From Octopus vulgaris (lineage: Eukaryota), in contig OX597823.1 in the NCBI GenBank assembly GCA_951406725.2, forward strand, positions 53,382,001 through 53,446,000: a DNA stretch of 64,000 nt, given 5' to 3'. Made by a program: the position numbers and the translations under genes. Below the pieces are notes generated by a model. That model ran no database searches. It was not told where the DNA came from and was given only the letters and a program-made list of their open reading frames with translations. Positions 44,089 through 58,614 of this stretch are shown in pieces; position 1 is the first letter of the stretch, and every line of letters starts with the position of its first letter.

Positions 44089-44192
<104 letters not shown>

Positions 44193-44281
44193 TATATGTA
44201 TATGTATATAACTATATCTGTATATAATATAAATATATATAGAGAGAGAGACAGAGGGGGGGGAGAAACAGACAGACAGAC

Positions 44282-44359
<78 letters not shown>

Positions 44360-44710
44360 GTGTGTGTGTGTATATATATTATATACACGCTCAGAGAATA
44401 ATATTCATGCGTGTGTGAGCGTAGGGGAGGGGTTCTATGTGTATGTACACGTGCGTTTTGCATTTACAAATGCCTCAGTTATTTGACTGTAACAGGTTCG
44501 ACTCTTGACCCCGCGGTCCATTATGTCCTTTCACCTGATTGAATTCGACTATAGTGAGAATTAGTTAGACTATTAATTTGCCCCACATTTTGTCAACGCA
44601 AAATGTCAACGTCCTTCGATCGCTACAGCACCCTGGATAGAGATTTGCGTCTATAATTTTGGTTTCTATTTTGAATAAAAATAAATCTATCTTAACACTG
44701 AATTTAGAAA

Positions 44711-45049
44711 CATTGGTTCTTAACTATTTTTTTATCTCTGGGCTCCTTTGATTACTATGTTATTCTGGTGGACCGCGTAATCATTTGATGCTTATGAATT
44801 AACTTTATAGATACTTCTTTCAAAATACCTATTTTGTCCATCACACATGGCGTAGGGTGAACCATGTAAAATGTTGGAGAAAGAAACCTGGCCGTTTCTT
44901 GCAATAAGTACATCGATAGCTAAACTTTTTCATGGGCCAATGAAATAATTCTGTGGAATCAATTTGCTATTTTGCTTATATGGACCCCAAAAATCTTAGA
45001 CAGACCCCTCACCCCCAGGGGTCATATGAACTCCGGTTAAGAATCACTA
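44711..45049. mobile_element. Degenerate hAT-like MITE
   Basis: CATTGGTTCTTAAC ... GTTAAGAATCACTA (CAGTGGTTCT-type TIR). Flanks ATTTAGAA / ATATAGAA resemble an 8-bp TSD. Confidence 0.55.
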
Positions 45050-45629
45050 ATATAGAAGCAAAGCTTGAAACTAGACCTTTACAATATTTAGCTACTACAA
45101 TTAAAGACAAGATGGAGAATTTATGAAAAACGAATGAACATAAAGACCCAGCTTTGTCTCAGCACCAAGTATTTCTACATTCGACAAAAGCCTATACATT
45201 TAATATCGATCTTTCATTCATATTGTTATATTCAGTTCAGTCCACCTAATATGGAACTTATTTTTATCAAGTTCCTCAGAATGATATTTTAAGTTGCACA
45301 TCGGCTTGATTTGAACACAGAAATTTTCTAATTCAATTCCGGTGAGAAGTGACCATTGTCTGGAAATGAAAAGAAGACCCTATCTCTTCTATATTATGGT
45401 GGTGTTTTTTTTTTATGCCATGTCGGTAATGCGCTTGAGAAAGGCACGAATGCCACATAATATTAATCAATATCACGTTTTTGATATTTGAAAGAGAGAA
45501 AATATGGTGTGAAAAAACAGTATACGGTGTTACCGTATCCATAACGGATGTATGCATGTATGTATGTGTGTATATATATATATATATATATGCGTGTGTG
45601 CGTGTGTGTGTACGCATGCATACGCACGC

Positions 45630-45705
<76 letters not shown>

Positions 45706-46369
45706 CGATTATTTGCTCAGAACGGTTCCAAGGTCCCCGCATTTCGGAACAGTAATAACAATAAGTTATAAGTTGAACTTAGTATATACCTCTTCTCTTC
45801 ACCTTCTATACCGAAATAGTCAAACAACCCACTTCCGGTCAGTTTGGAATCGGTGAATCCCAAAGGACCGGAAATAGTTTTTGTTCAGCAAGTTTTTACG
45901 TTCTGACAATTGCCTGCCTATAAGGCATTTTAATCATCTATTCATTTTGCTACAGAAAGAAAAGTTTCTCATTTTCATTATCGAAGTAGTTTCCTTGCAA
46001 AAATAGCGTGGTCTTGAATTTTAATCTCATCTCATCTTCTGCAATGTTTCCAAAGACTACTAGTATTGTGTTGCTATTAACATCACGAGCAGTTATCTAC
46101 TAAATTAAAAGCCATTGTCTGTTCGCTTGTCTTCTTTCAGTGACCACGGTAACAAGGAATTTTTTTGTTTTCTTATTTTGTTTCTTTTCTTTTCTTTTTC
46201 CGTTTTAGACATTTACACACACACACATATACTGTATTTTGTATCTAAGTGATTTAAAATTTGTTTGGCCAAAATCTAATTTATTTTGTCTCTGCATTTT
46301 TCTTCGTTTATTTTTTTTATTTATTTATTTATCTATCTATTTATTGTAAATCTAATATTACGCTACATA

Positions 46370-46680
46370 CAAATCCAGCTGAGGCCGACTTAGACTTTCA
46401 TCCATTCAGGGTCGATAAAATAAGTACCAGTTTAGCACTGGGGATGATACATTCGACTACCCCCTTCCCCGACTTGTTGGCCTTGTGCCAAAATTTGAAG
46501 CTAGTGACTAGGTGATTCATCAAGGTGGGTAGCTAGCAGAATCGTTAGCACGCCTGACGCCATTTCGATGAAACAAGTACCAGTCGAGCACTGGGGTCGA
46601 TGAAATCGCTTAGTCCCTTCCCCTAGAATATTGCCAAGTATTTTGTCCGACGCGCTAACGATTCTGCCAGTTCCCCGCCT
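46370..46680. mobile_element. SINE family B cluster (+,+,-)
   Basis: Core at 46370-46500 (+), internally deleted copy at 46523-46620 (+), inverted head at ~46635-46680. Confidence 0.75.
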
Positions 46681-46747
46681 TTTCTTGCATCAAGAGTTTC
46701 CTTGAATTCTAATTATTATATTGGGAATTTTGCTAGATTCACGGGAA

Positions 46748-46792
<45 letters not shown>

Positions 46793-49297
46793 CTTCAAAA
46801 ACTGTTGTTAACTCAGGATCACAGTATCTTAGTATCGACCAGATCATCAGATACTGTTAAACACCGCTGGTCACAATGTGCTTCCTATTCTTCCAACGAG
46901 ATGTGTATATCTCCTCCAAACACTTGGCATTGTCTGCTGTATGATAGATAGAAGAATAATATAATAAAGCTAGTCAGATCAATATAATATAAGGGACGTG
47001 GACCCTAATTGTGTGTTACCGTTGAGATTTTACACCTAGGGAAGACTATATCGAGTTTCTAAAATACATTAATGGGTATTATTCCAGGATTGTCTCATTG
47101 GTTAAAGGAAACTACTATGTGATTGCCTGACCAAGCAATAGTTTCCAAATTCCTTCAAATCACACCTTACAGTCTTAAAAATTAAATAAAACACTCTAAT
47201 AGAAAACAAAGACGGGTTGTACTTTTGATCGGATTTTATGTTGTTCAGAGGTGAATTCGGAAGGAATAAATGTAACAACGATAGACTGAATGGAGGATTT
47301 ATAGCGCCCTTGGAGAAAAGACACTTATGAAGGTCCTGGCTTAATTAACATGGAGAGAGCTAGAGGAAAATTTTGAGTTTCTTCACACCTCCCTGGAGCG
47401 GCTGCCCACCTCTCGCCTCTCTCTTGCTACGCCTCTTATTCTTACGGAAGGAATATTTTATTAAGTACCACACGACTAATTTTCTATCAACTGTTTTATG
47501 TTTCCCTTAACAGCAGTTTCAAATTATGCATGTTAATGTAGCAAACCCTTTGGTGAATGAATTAATATGGAAAACATTCAGAAAGACGGGAAGATAACGT
47601 CATACTCAATAAAACATATATTCTTATTTGTTCTTGCGGCGGCATTCACCAAGGATGGGGGTTGAGCTGGCTCCGACCAACGAGTATTCGGAGACTTGAG
47701 TAGGAATACAAGTTCACATGTGGAACCCGATCACATGTGTACATACTTTTGGATAATGTCATCTGTAGCAGCTCATCTTGCCCCAACTGTCGATCGTCTG
47801 CTGATTATCGGAGCAGACGCAACCTGGAGTTGAAGCGAGTTCTAGAGACATGATTTAACAAAAGCTAAGGACTGCCTCACTCCCAGTGGCCTTCCATCAT
47901 ACAAGACATCAGCCCGGAATTTTTGAGGGCCCGTGCTATTACTCGATAGTCGTTAGACCTACGCTAGGTTCATCCGTGCTATGAATTATGTATGAATATA
48001 TCAAGCCATCCTCTAAAACAATTTAAGGAATGAAAAGTTTTTAGAGTAGCTTAAATTCCTAAAACGTTTAAACTCTCGCGTACAGGGTTTCCAGTCCTGG
48101 TTCCACTACACACTAGAATGACGTAGACAGTGTAAAATAACAAAATGAGAAGTTAATAGCAGTATCTCATACCTTAAACAGAGGAAGATAAGGTGGTGAC
48201 ATTACTGAAATTTTAAGCACCACTGCTCTAAACTATTGTATTTATCTATAAAAAAGAAGAAAAAAAACGCTGGTGGATCGCAATTTCAACCAAGTTGGTT
48301 CTCATCAGCTAAGCTGGGATATGAACTTCTCGTGTTTTCTCAGTCGAACCACCAAATCTAAACATACAATTGATTTATTTGTTATATACATTGACGCACG
48401 TGTGGTTCCAATCATACTATTGTGGTAACTACATCGAAAATTATGAAACCCATCTAGGTCAAAAAACGCAATCTTTCACTCATCAGATTTGCTTGCTCTC
48501 TCTAAGGCTTAGTAACCCCTAAAATTGTTTTCGAGCAAGGCTAGAAAATATTTTCTTATAGAATTCAATTAGAAGTCTGTTTTCATTGTATGAATGATTT
48601 CATGCTTTTGTGCGTTTGGTATTCTAAACCAGTCGGTATTTCTGTCGAGGTCATACCGGTGGCTGAAAAACGATAATTTAAACAATACCAGTGAACAAAA
48701 ACTGGCCGTGACATTTCTTTTCGAAACTGATCGATAGCTACACGGCTTCGATTATTTATTTTTTCTTTTTTTTCTTTATCTTACAACTTCTTTAATATAA
48801 GGTGAGCACAAAGGAGAAAAAAAAGAGTTAGAAAAAAGGGGCGATAATAAGAGTGACAAAGATAGAAAGAACATAAAAAAGAGCGAGAAGTAAAAAGCAA
48901 TTCACCTGATGAGAACAAAGTGAAGTATTGGATAAAATAGATAATCTTTTGGCTGATATGAGAACATTCTTTAACCAAGACTACATTTTTCTCGCGCAAT
49001 CAATCTGAGTTTTTGTGGACATTCTAATCACAATGTGTTTTTATCGTGAAAAACTCGAGATGTAGCTTGATTGCTATGAGATTTACTTAAACGAACAGAG
49101 ACGTAGATCGTTTTATCTTGTCTTCCGAATCAAAAGGCAGAGAAACACAACACGCGCGTTCACATACACACATAAACACAAACCGTGTTGGCATATGTAT
49201 ATATGTAGTTATGCACTTATGTGTGTGTGTATTACATACGCACACACATACACATGTGTACATATATAATGTATACCTGTGCCTGTATCTGTGTGCG

Positions 49298-49329
<32 letters not shown>

Positions 49330-49370
49330 TGCATTTATATGTAAGTATATATATATATATGTATATGTAT

Positions 49371-49405
<35 letters not shown>

Positions 49406-50181
49406 CATTATATATTATATATATATATACATATATATGAATATAGAGTTACATGCATACAAACAAACATACTTACGCACATACATACTACATACATGCA
49501 TACATACATACTTGCATACATACATTACATTTACATGCATACATATGTGTGTGTATGTGTGTGTGTGTGTATGATTAGATATTTTCATAATTACGTACGA
49601 ACGTACACACATAAATACATACATACATACATACATACATACATACATACATACATACATACATACATACATACATACATACATACATACATACATACAT
49701 ACATACATACATACATACATACGAACTTATCCAGGGATACATGGATGTATGAATGGGCAAACAAAAGTAAGTGGATGTAATGAAAGAGCTTTCGCTATAT
49801 CGACAGTGAGAGAGAAAAACATTAAAAAAGAATAAGAAACTTATAGCGAAAAATGAGCGAAAGAATAAGAGTACGTGTGTAGGAAAGGAGACGCGAGGAA
49901 TGGAGAGTTAAAGAGCAGAGGTAGGGTGAAAGAGATAGAGAAACGTGTGAAAGTAAGAGAAGAAGCGACAAAATTTTAAAGAGAAGGCTTCATAAAAGAG
50001 ATGGTGGGGAGATGAAGTTAATACAATTAAAGTGGGGAGAAGGAGGAGGAGAAGGAGGAGGAGGAGGGGAAGGGAGGAGGGTAAGAAAGTAGAGCAGATG
50101 TAGGCGAAACCCAACAGGTTATGTAAAAGGCTGAGGTAGGTACAGTGACTGTGTTTGCGTATGGGTATGTTTTTGTATATC

Positions 50182-50209
<28 letters not shown>

Positions 50210-50212
<3 letters not shown>

Positions 50213-50642
50213 CTGTATTTTAAGCATATGTCGTCTGTGTGTGATTGTGTGTGTGTATGTGTGTACGTGTGTGTGTGTGTGTGTGTGTGAGTGTGTACTA
50301 AAACAATATATATATATATATATCGTTTTGTATATATATGTATGCATGTATGTGTGCATGTATGTATGCATACAAATTTGTATGTTTTGCTTTATGTATG
50401 TGTGTGTGTGTGTGCTTTGCACGTATGTGTGTTATGTGAGCGTATATGTGTTTTAAGTGTATGGTGCGTGCGTGTATGTGGGTGTATGTATGTGTGTGTG
50501 TGTGCATGCTGAAAATATAGATATTTATGTCGTTTTGTATGTGTACGTATGTATGTGTGTACGTATGTATCTGTGTATGCATTTGTGTGTGTGCTTTACA
50601 CGTATGTGTGTTATGTGAGAGTGTCTGTGTTTTAAGCGTATG

Positions 50643-50685
<43 letters not shown>

Positions 50686-50790
50686 TGTGAGGGTGCATGC
50701 GTGTCTGTGCGTGCGTATGTGTGTGTGTGTGTATGCTGAAACTATAAATATTTATGTCATTTTTTATGTGTGTACGTATGTATGCATGCG
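50210..50790 (+). repeat. Three-unit diverged minisatellite with embedded (GT)n
   Basis: TTTTAAG..TATG anchors at ~50218, 50451 and 50630. GCTTT.CACGTATGTGTGTTATGTGAG and GCTGAAA.TATA.ATATTTATGTC blocks are repeated. Confidence 0.75.
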
Positions 50791-51327
50791 TGTGTGATTG
50801 TTAATGAACATCTAGCAAACTTCCATTATGATGTATATTTGAACGTGTATGTCTGTGCACGCGTGTATGTATAACAAAGAGAGAGTATACGCGTGCACGT
50901 GTATTCTGCTGTTTCAAGTGCATGGGTAGTTCGCATGTTTTTCAAAGTAGCCTAATGCACGTATATACATGCTCACATACATAACCATACATACAGACAT
51001 AGGAGCATACATGTATAAATATACATGTATGTATGTATATGTATGTACACATGATACGAATATATGGATGTATATTTAAGTATATATATATACACACACA
51101 CACAGACACACATATGTGTGCATGTGTGTAAACGCATCCGTACATGCATGTACACATATACACACCACACTTACCTACATACATACATACATACATACAT
51201 ACATACATACATACATACATACATACATACATACATACATACATACTGCATTTGTGTCTAGCTTTCTTATATATCTATGCTTCGATTATACACGTACTTC
51301 ATTCAATATAGATAATTGTGTGCGTTT

Positions 51328-51421
<94 letters not shown>

Positions 51422-51422
51422 A

Positions 51423-51640
51423 CGAGGGGGGAATTGAAAAGTTCCTGGCTTTCAGGGTATCGCCAAGGAGTTGGTTGGAGGACCAACCTTCTAGATTCTT
51501 TTTCAGGGCTTAGAAAAACTGAAGGACAGCTACAATTGGTGTGAGAATTTGAGAGGGGAATATGTTGAATAAAATCGTAATTAATTGATTTTCCTGTATT
51601 TTCTTTTACCCAAAGCCTAGGAACTTTTCAGCACCACTGC

Positions 51641-51641
<1 letters not shown>
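51423..51641 (+). mobile_element. Non-autonomous mariner (Tc1/mariner) deletion derivative
   Basis: TIRs CGAGGGGG..TGAAAAGTTCCTGGCTTT / AAAGCCTAGGAACTTTTCAGCACCAC, inserted in a TA/TG microsatellite. Confidence 0.85.
51501..51572 (+). pseudogene. Mariner transposase C-terminal remnant
   Basis: FQGLEKLKDSYNWCENLRGEYVE* corresponds to the mariner terminal motif GIxKLxxRWxKCxxxxGxYVE. Confidence 0.8.
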
Positions 51642-51699
<58 letters not shown>

Positions 51700-51702
51700 T
51701 AT

Positions 51703-51757
<55 letters not shown>

Positions 51758-51761
51758 TATG

Positions 51762-51824
<63 letters not shown>

Positions 51825-51979
51825 CTGTATGTACATGTATGTATATATGTGTGTGCGTATAAATACTAATTATTCTGTATATATATATATATGTAGAGAG
51901 AGAGAGAGTGAGTGAGAGAGAGAGAAAGAGAGAGATATGTAAATAGAGGAACTTGTCTGTAAATTTACAGATATATATG

Positions 51980-52022
<43 letters not shown>

Positions 52023-52023
<1 letters not shown>

Positions 52024-52406
52024 AGGCGAGGCTGTGTGATAAGTAGCTTGCTTCCCAACCGCATAGTTCTGGGTTTTAGTCCCACTGTGTGGCACCTTGG
52101 GTGTCTTCTACTATAGCCTCGGGCCGACCAAAGCCTTGTAGATTTGTAGATTTGGTAGACGGAAGCTGAAAGAAGCCCGTCTGTGTGTGCACGTTTATGT
52201 ATCTGTTTTTTTCCTACCACCAACGTTTGGCAACCGATGCTGCTGTGTTTACGTCCCCGTAACATAGCGGTTCGGCAAAAGACACCGATAGAATAAGTAC
52301 TAGGCTTACAAAAAATACGTCCTAGGGTCGATTTGTTCGACTAAAGGCGGTACTCCAGCATAGCTGCAGTTAAAAATGACTGAAGCAAATAGAAAAATAA
52401 AAGAAA
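52023..52406 (+). mobile_element. SINE family A, full length
   Basis: Complete head, core and tail. Confidence 0.9.
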
Positions 52407-52429
52407 ATATATATATATATATATATATA

Positions 52430-52463
<34 letters not shown>

Positions 52464-52524
52464 CATATATAAATACTAAATATTCTTTATATATATCTGT
52501 GAATAAATATATGTAACTCTGTTC

Positions 52525-52565
<41 letters not shown>

Positions 52566-53209
52566 GTGTATATATATATATATATATATATATGCATATA
52601 CATATATGCACATATGCTGCAGCATGAGCGCAGCTGCTTCACTGAAACGAACTAAAGAATAAAAGACTGCTTAAGTACATATGCACATATTTGCATGCAT
52701 GCGCACATATTTACACCTGTGTGTACACACACACACATACACACATTCACATTTATACTCAGAAGTTTGTCCTCATCTATACGCAGAAGGTTTTTATCTT
52801 TTATATTCCGCATTTTTTGTACATGTGTGCATCTAAGTGCATTTTACATACCTTGATTGCCTTATTGTATTGTTAGCTGTTTTTCATTGGGATTTTTTTT
52901 TATATATATGATGCGGAAGCATACTATGTCCATTTCTATAGAATTTCTCATAGAATGAAGTTAGGGTAAGCTTGAAGAAATAATACTAAGGAAGTATGTA
53001 TGAGCTGGTATATTGCTATATTGTAATCTTAATTGTACGGTCAGAAATCTTGCAGCTTCCACACGACATGATGCGCCCTCTTCCAGCATACAAAAGATCA
53101 ACTGACGAGATATGCGATGCGAGTAGGAGGTAGATGTATGCGCTCGCGTTTGGTAGTACATATAGATGTATAGATGTGCTTAGAGAAAAATAGTAAGGTG
53201 GATATATGG

Positions 53210-53770
<561 letters not shown>

Positions 53771-54106
53771 GAGCTGTGGATTAAATAACTTGCCGTAGAT
53801 AGTCATGACTCTTTACGCTCATCTAAGTGCAAATCCCATCTAGTTTGACTTAGACTTCTGGTAGCTCAATAATATAGTACCAGTAATTTACTGCGGTCAA
53901 TATGTTTGTATGTTCCATCACGCTAGACATGAGCTTCGTGTCTCTGTGATAAATTAATATTAGTATTATTATTATTGTTTTGTTATTGCTTTTCCATACG
54001 TATTTTCCTTTATTTTTCATATTGATCCTGCATATATTATTTACCTCTGTGTAATTTATTCATGCGATATACCCACATCCGGTACCCATGGGACAGATAA
54101 AAGTAA

Positions 54107-54138
<32 letters not shown>

Positions 54139-54341
54139 ACTCCCTCACACACACACACACACTCATTCACTCACTCTCTCCATTTGTAGCCCTGTGTCTA
54201 CGTCCAAACTTCAGATGCCACCGGTAGAATATGGACACTTACACACACACATGTTTGCACATATAAATATATTTATATATGCACACACACAAGTGCGTTT
54301 GTAAATGTAAATTTTTATACATATACATATATATATATGTG

Positions 54342-54388
<47 letters not shown>

Positions 54389-54396
54389 TATGTGTA

Positions 54397-54440
<44 letters not shown>

Positions 54441-54523
54441 GTGTGTGTGTGTGTGTGTGTGTGTGTATTAACATATGTGTGCGTGATTGTGCGCACACGA
54501 ATGTATATGCGTGTATATGTATG

Positions 54524-54563
<40 letters not shown>

Positions 54564-54725
54564 TATATACACGCGTGCACACGCATGCACACACACACAC
54601 CTATGTACACAATGTACATTTAGATCACACGAATGTCTGATTAAAGTGGTCCATTGAGCACATAAGCACCTATGTATGTATGTATGTATGTATATGTATG
54701 TATGTATATATGTATGTATGTATGC

Positions 54726-54756
<31 letters not shown>

Positions 54757-55085
54757 TGTATGTATGTATGTACATATGTATGTATGCATGTATGTATGTA
54801 TGTATACACGCATGTATGTATGAAAGGAGCGTGGTAAGTAGTTAGAGAGATGTGTACAATATTATATTGACAAGTGCGAACGAGGAAGAAAAATATGCTG
54901 AGTTGATAAAAACGTGTGGATAACAAAGCGTTCACCTCCAAAAGCCTTATTTTTCTCAGTTTAGCTAACGGTCAGCCTTCATTAACACAAACATAGAAAC
55001 TGTGAGAAGATACCTTCATCCATTGATAGATTTTGTGATTAGAAAATATCGAAGGACTTATTTATATTCATTATATTTATTACAG

Positions 55086-55166
<81 letters not shown>

Positions 55167-55694
55167 GGAGGGACGGACGGACGGACGGTGAAGAAGAGAG
55201 AAGCAGAAACTGTACACGCACACACGCGCACACACATACACGCACACACACACACACACACACACATAGACATGTATAAATAGACAGTCAGACAGTCAGG
55301 CAGAAAGATGGAGAAAGAGAGAGATAGGGAGGGAAGAAGAGTGAGCTATCTACAACAAAAGCAAACATACAAGATGGTGCTCCAGCATGGCCGCAGTCAA
55401 ATTTCTTAACACGTAAAAGAATAAAATTAGAGAATACATAATTTTGGAGAAATAGAAATTATATATATACATACATACATATACATATATATATGTGTAT
55501 GTATGTATGTATGTATGTATGTATATATATATATATATATACAGATAAGATCGATATTTAAAATACCGATCTTATCAGGTAGCCAACATGGGAATAAACA
55601 CCTTTCAAGGGTAATAATTATTTAAAATTATAATCTAGGGTATCTAAGAGATACCTGTACGCTGGAAATAGCAGTCAAAACTTGACTCTAAAAC

Positions 55695-55730
<36 letters not shown>

Positions 55731-56305
55731 CGCGCGAATGCACATACATACACACATACGCCCACGCACACACATACGCACTACAGAAACTCTGAGTATT
55801 GTTGGAGGTGGATGGGTGTGTTTTGAATGTGTACTTTTACCTGTTCAGTGATATCAGGTTTACCGATTCCAGCATCTCTGTGGATAATTTTTCCTTCTCA
55901 CTCACTCACTCACTCACTCACGTGTCTTATCGGACACAATGTGTGTACATTCGTGTGAAGATTTATTTCCAGAAACCTTGGAAATTACATAATGCCATGT
56001 ATACGTAGAAAAATCTGTGTGCTTCCGTGTGCTTGTGGCAATGTAGAGGTGTGCGCCGTACGTACGTGCGTGTATGTGTATGTGTGTGTATGTATGTGTG
56101 CGCGTTGTGTGTGTGTGTGCGTGTGTGTGTGCGAGTGTGTGCGTTAAAATTATCGAGATACACGCGTAACACGTTCGTTTGGTTTGACCACAGCTTTCCT
56201 TTTAAACGTCACACAAATTCGACATCCATCTATCTTCCTCCCTTAATCATCCTTTGTGTCTGTGTGTAGTGTATACCTTCTTAATTTTCTCAGTCGCGCA
56301 CTCCT

Positions 56306-56345
<40 letters not shown>

Positions 56346-56467
56346 TCTTTCCTTCTCTCTCCCTCTCTCTCCTTCTCTCGGTTCTTTCTCTCATTCAGTA
56401 GTCTTCTTTTGACTCTTCCTATCTGCCAATCGATTAATAGCTCTAACTATTAATTTATACACACACA

Positions 56468-56593
<126 letters not shown>

Positions 56594-56694
56594 TATACAC
56601 TTACATCTATAGTGACGATTGAATTTTTCCTTTATGGTATCACATTGCGCCTGGCTGTTTATATTAATTTTTAGCACGCGTGCGCGCACATACT

Positions 56695-56753
<59 letters not shown>

Positions 56754-56886
56754 TTACTGATCGATTTATTTATCTACTGACAAACTTACGAACGTATCCT
56801 ATCCATATTCCTCTCCTTACCCACTCTCCTTTTCGTTCTTTCTCTCTTGTTCCCTATCTCCTAGTATATATTTATCTAATTCTGTA

Positions 56887-56944
<58 letters not shown>

Positions 56945-57249
56945 CGTGTTGAACAACAGTTTTCTGGTACCTTTGGTTCCATACCCATTCCGCATCATTA
57001 ATTTTTCTGAACCAGGAGCGGTCACCTTCTGAATTTAAAAAAAATATTAAATTTACTTAGATAATTAAATGACAGACAGGTACCTGTATACCTGTATATT
57101 AGGATAAATGACCCAAGGTTATTAATACAAATCTGTGCAAGGTACACTTTAACTAATCTGGCGGCCACGGGAGTATGAAGTTCTTACACGTAAATTAGTG
57201 CGGATTACGTGATGTACCGGATTATCAGCGTCCGGAGAGTCGATGGTGT

Positions 57250-57410
57250 ACCCGTATGTGTGCATCTTGTGTTCGTTCCCCCCACCGGTGTTGGTGTGTT
57301 TACGTTCCCGTAACTTAGCCGTTCGACAAAAGAGAACCGATAGAAAAAGGTAGCTGGCTTAAATTTTTATCAAATATCGCGGATCGATTCATTCGACTAA
57401 AAAAATTCTC
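57250..57410 (+). mobile_element. SINE family A, 3' half
   Basis: ACCGGTGTTGGTGTGTTTACGTTCCCGTAACTTAGC. Confidence 0.75.
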
Positions 57411-58054
57411 CAATTCTACACACAAACACATACACACGCACACAAACACATACACACACACTTACTCACACACATATATATATCGGAACTCCGACTTGGC
57501 CACACACAGCCTTTAGCTGGAACCTAGTTCACACAGACATACACACACATCTATGCGCACGCACACACACACGAGCATACAGCTGTTTTCCGTTCGACTC
57601 GGTGATTTGTGACGATTTCCAACACGTAGCGTGTATATAGCAGTTCCTGTGCGTTTATTGCTTTTACCACACGTTTAAATTTACATTAAAATTAATGTCG
57701 CACCGAGCACTACTGTTTACTTAAATACGCGCACCTTGTCCCTTGCCCACCTTCGTTTCCCCTCTCCTTCACTTCCTTCCTTTCTATAATGAACCCTTCG
57801 TAGCTTTCATTGTTTCTCTTTCCTCTCTCTCCTTCTCTCTCTCTCTCTCTCGCTCTCTCTCTATTTATCTTCCTCTTTCTCAATCTCTCTTTGTCTTTCT
57901 TTCGCTGATCCCTCTCGCTCCTTTGCATAGCATAACCTTTCTCATATACACACATTCTCTCATTCCCTTTCTCTCTCCATCTGTGTGTGTTTCTGTGTGT
58001 TTCTGTGTGTGTGTGTAGAAATAAATGTATGTGTATGTGTATATATATATATAT

Positions 58055-58119
<65 letters not shown>

Positions 58120-58156
58120 GTTATATATATATATTATAGATATATATTATATATAT

Positions 58157-58406
58157 CATGTGATCACGTGACCGACCAGCTATCAGATGTTGCTACACAT
58201 CGCTGGTCACAATGCGCTTCACATTGTTTTAGCCTTCAAATGACGCCACCCCGCTGGCTAAGCGAGCAGGCCAACAGAGAAAGTTGCGGCGAAAGAGTAC
58301 AGCAGGGATCGCCACCATCCCCTGCCGAGCCTCGTGGAGCTATAGGTGTTTACGCTCAATAAACACTCACAACGCCGCCCGGTCTGGGAATCGAAACCGC
58401 GATCCT
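58157..58406 (-). mobile_element. SINE family E (D-type head and centre, different tail)
   Basis: 58280-58406 matches the reverse complement of family D; 58157-58275 is an unrelated tail, also seen degraded at ~46835-46885. Confidence 0.82.
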
Positions 58407-58614
58407 GAAGAGGTTGCAGGATGTGTGACGAAATGTATATCAGAAAGTCACACGAGAGAAATTAAAAACATATATGCCTTTTATTTTGATAATCTACAGA
58501 TCGTGACCCCCGCCCCCCACTGTGGATTATGATGCCCTAAGCTCTAGTTTGTGTAGTGAATAATTAAATCTGATGTTGATAGTGTAGAAATTTATTTATT
58601 GGTTAATAATACTT

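Noticed and set aside
45440-45456. AAGGCACGAATGCCA resembling miR-124
   Set aside because: It lacks the five central bases and has no hairpin partner; chance match.
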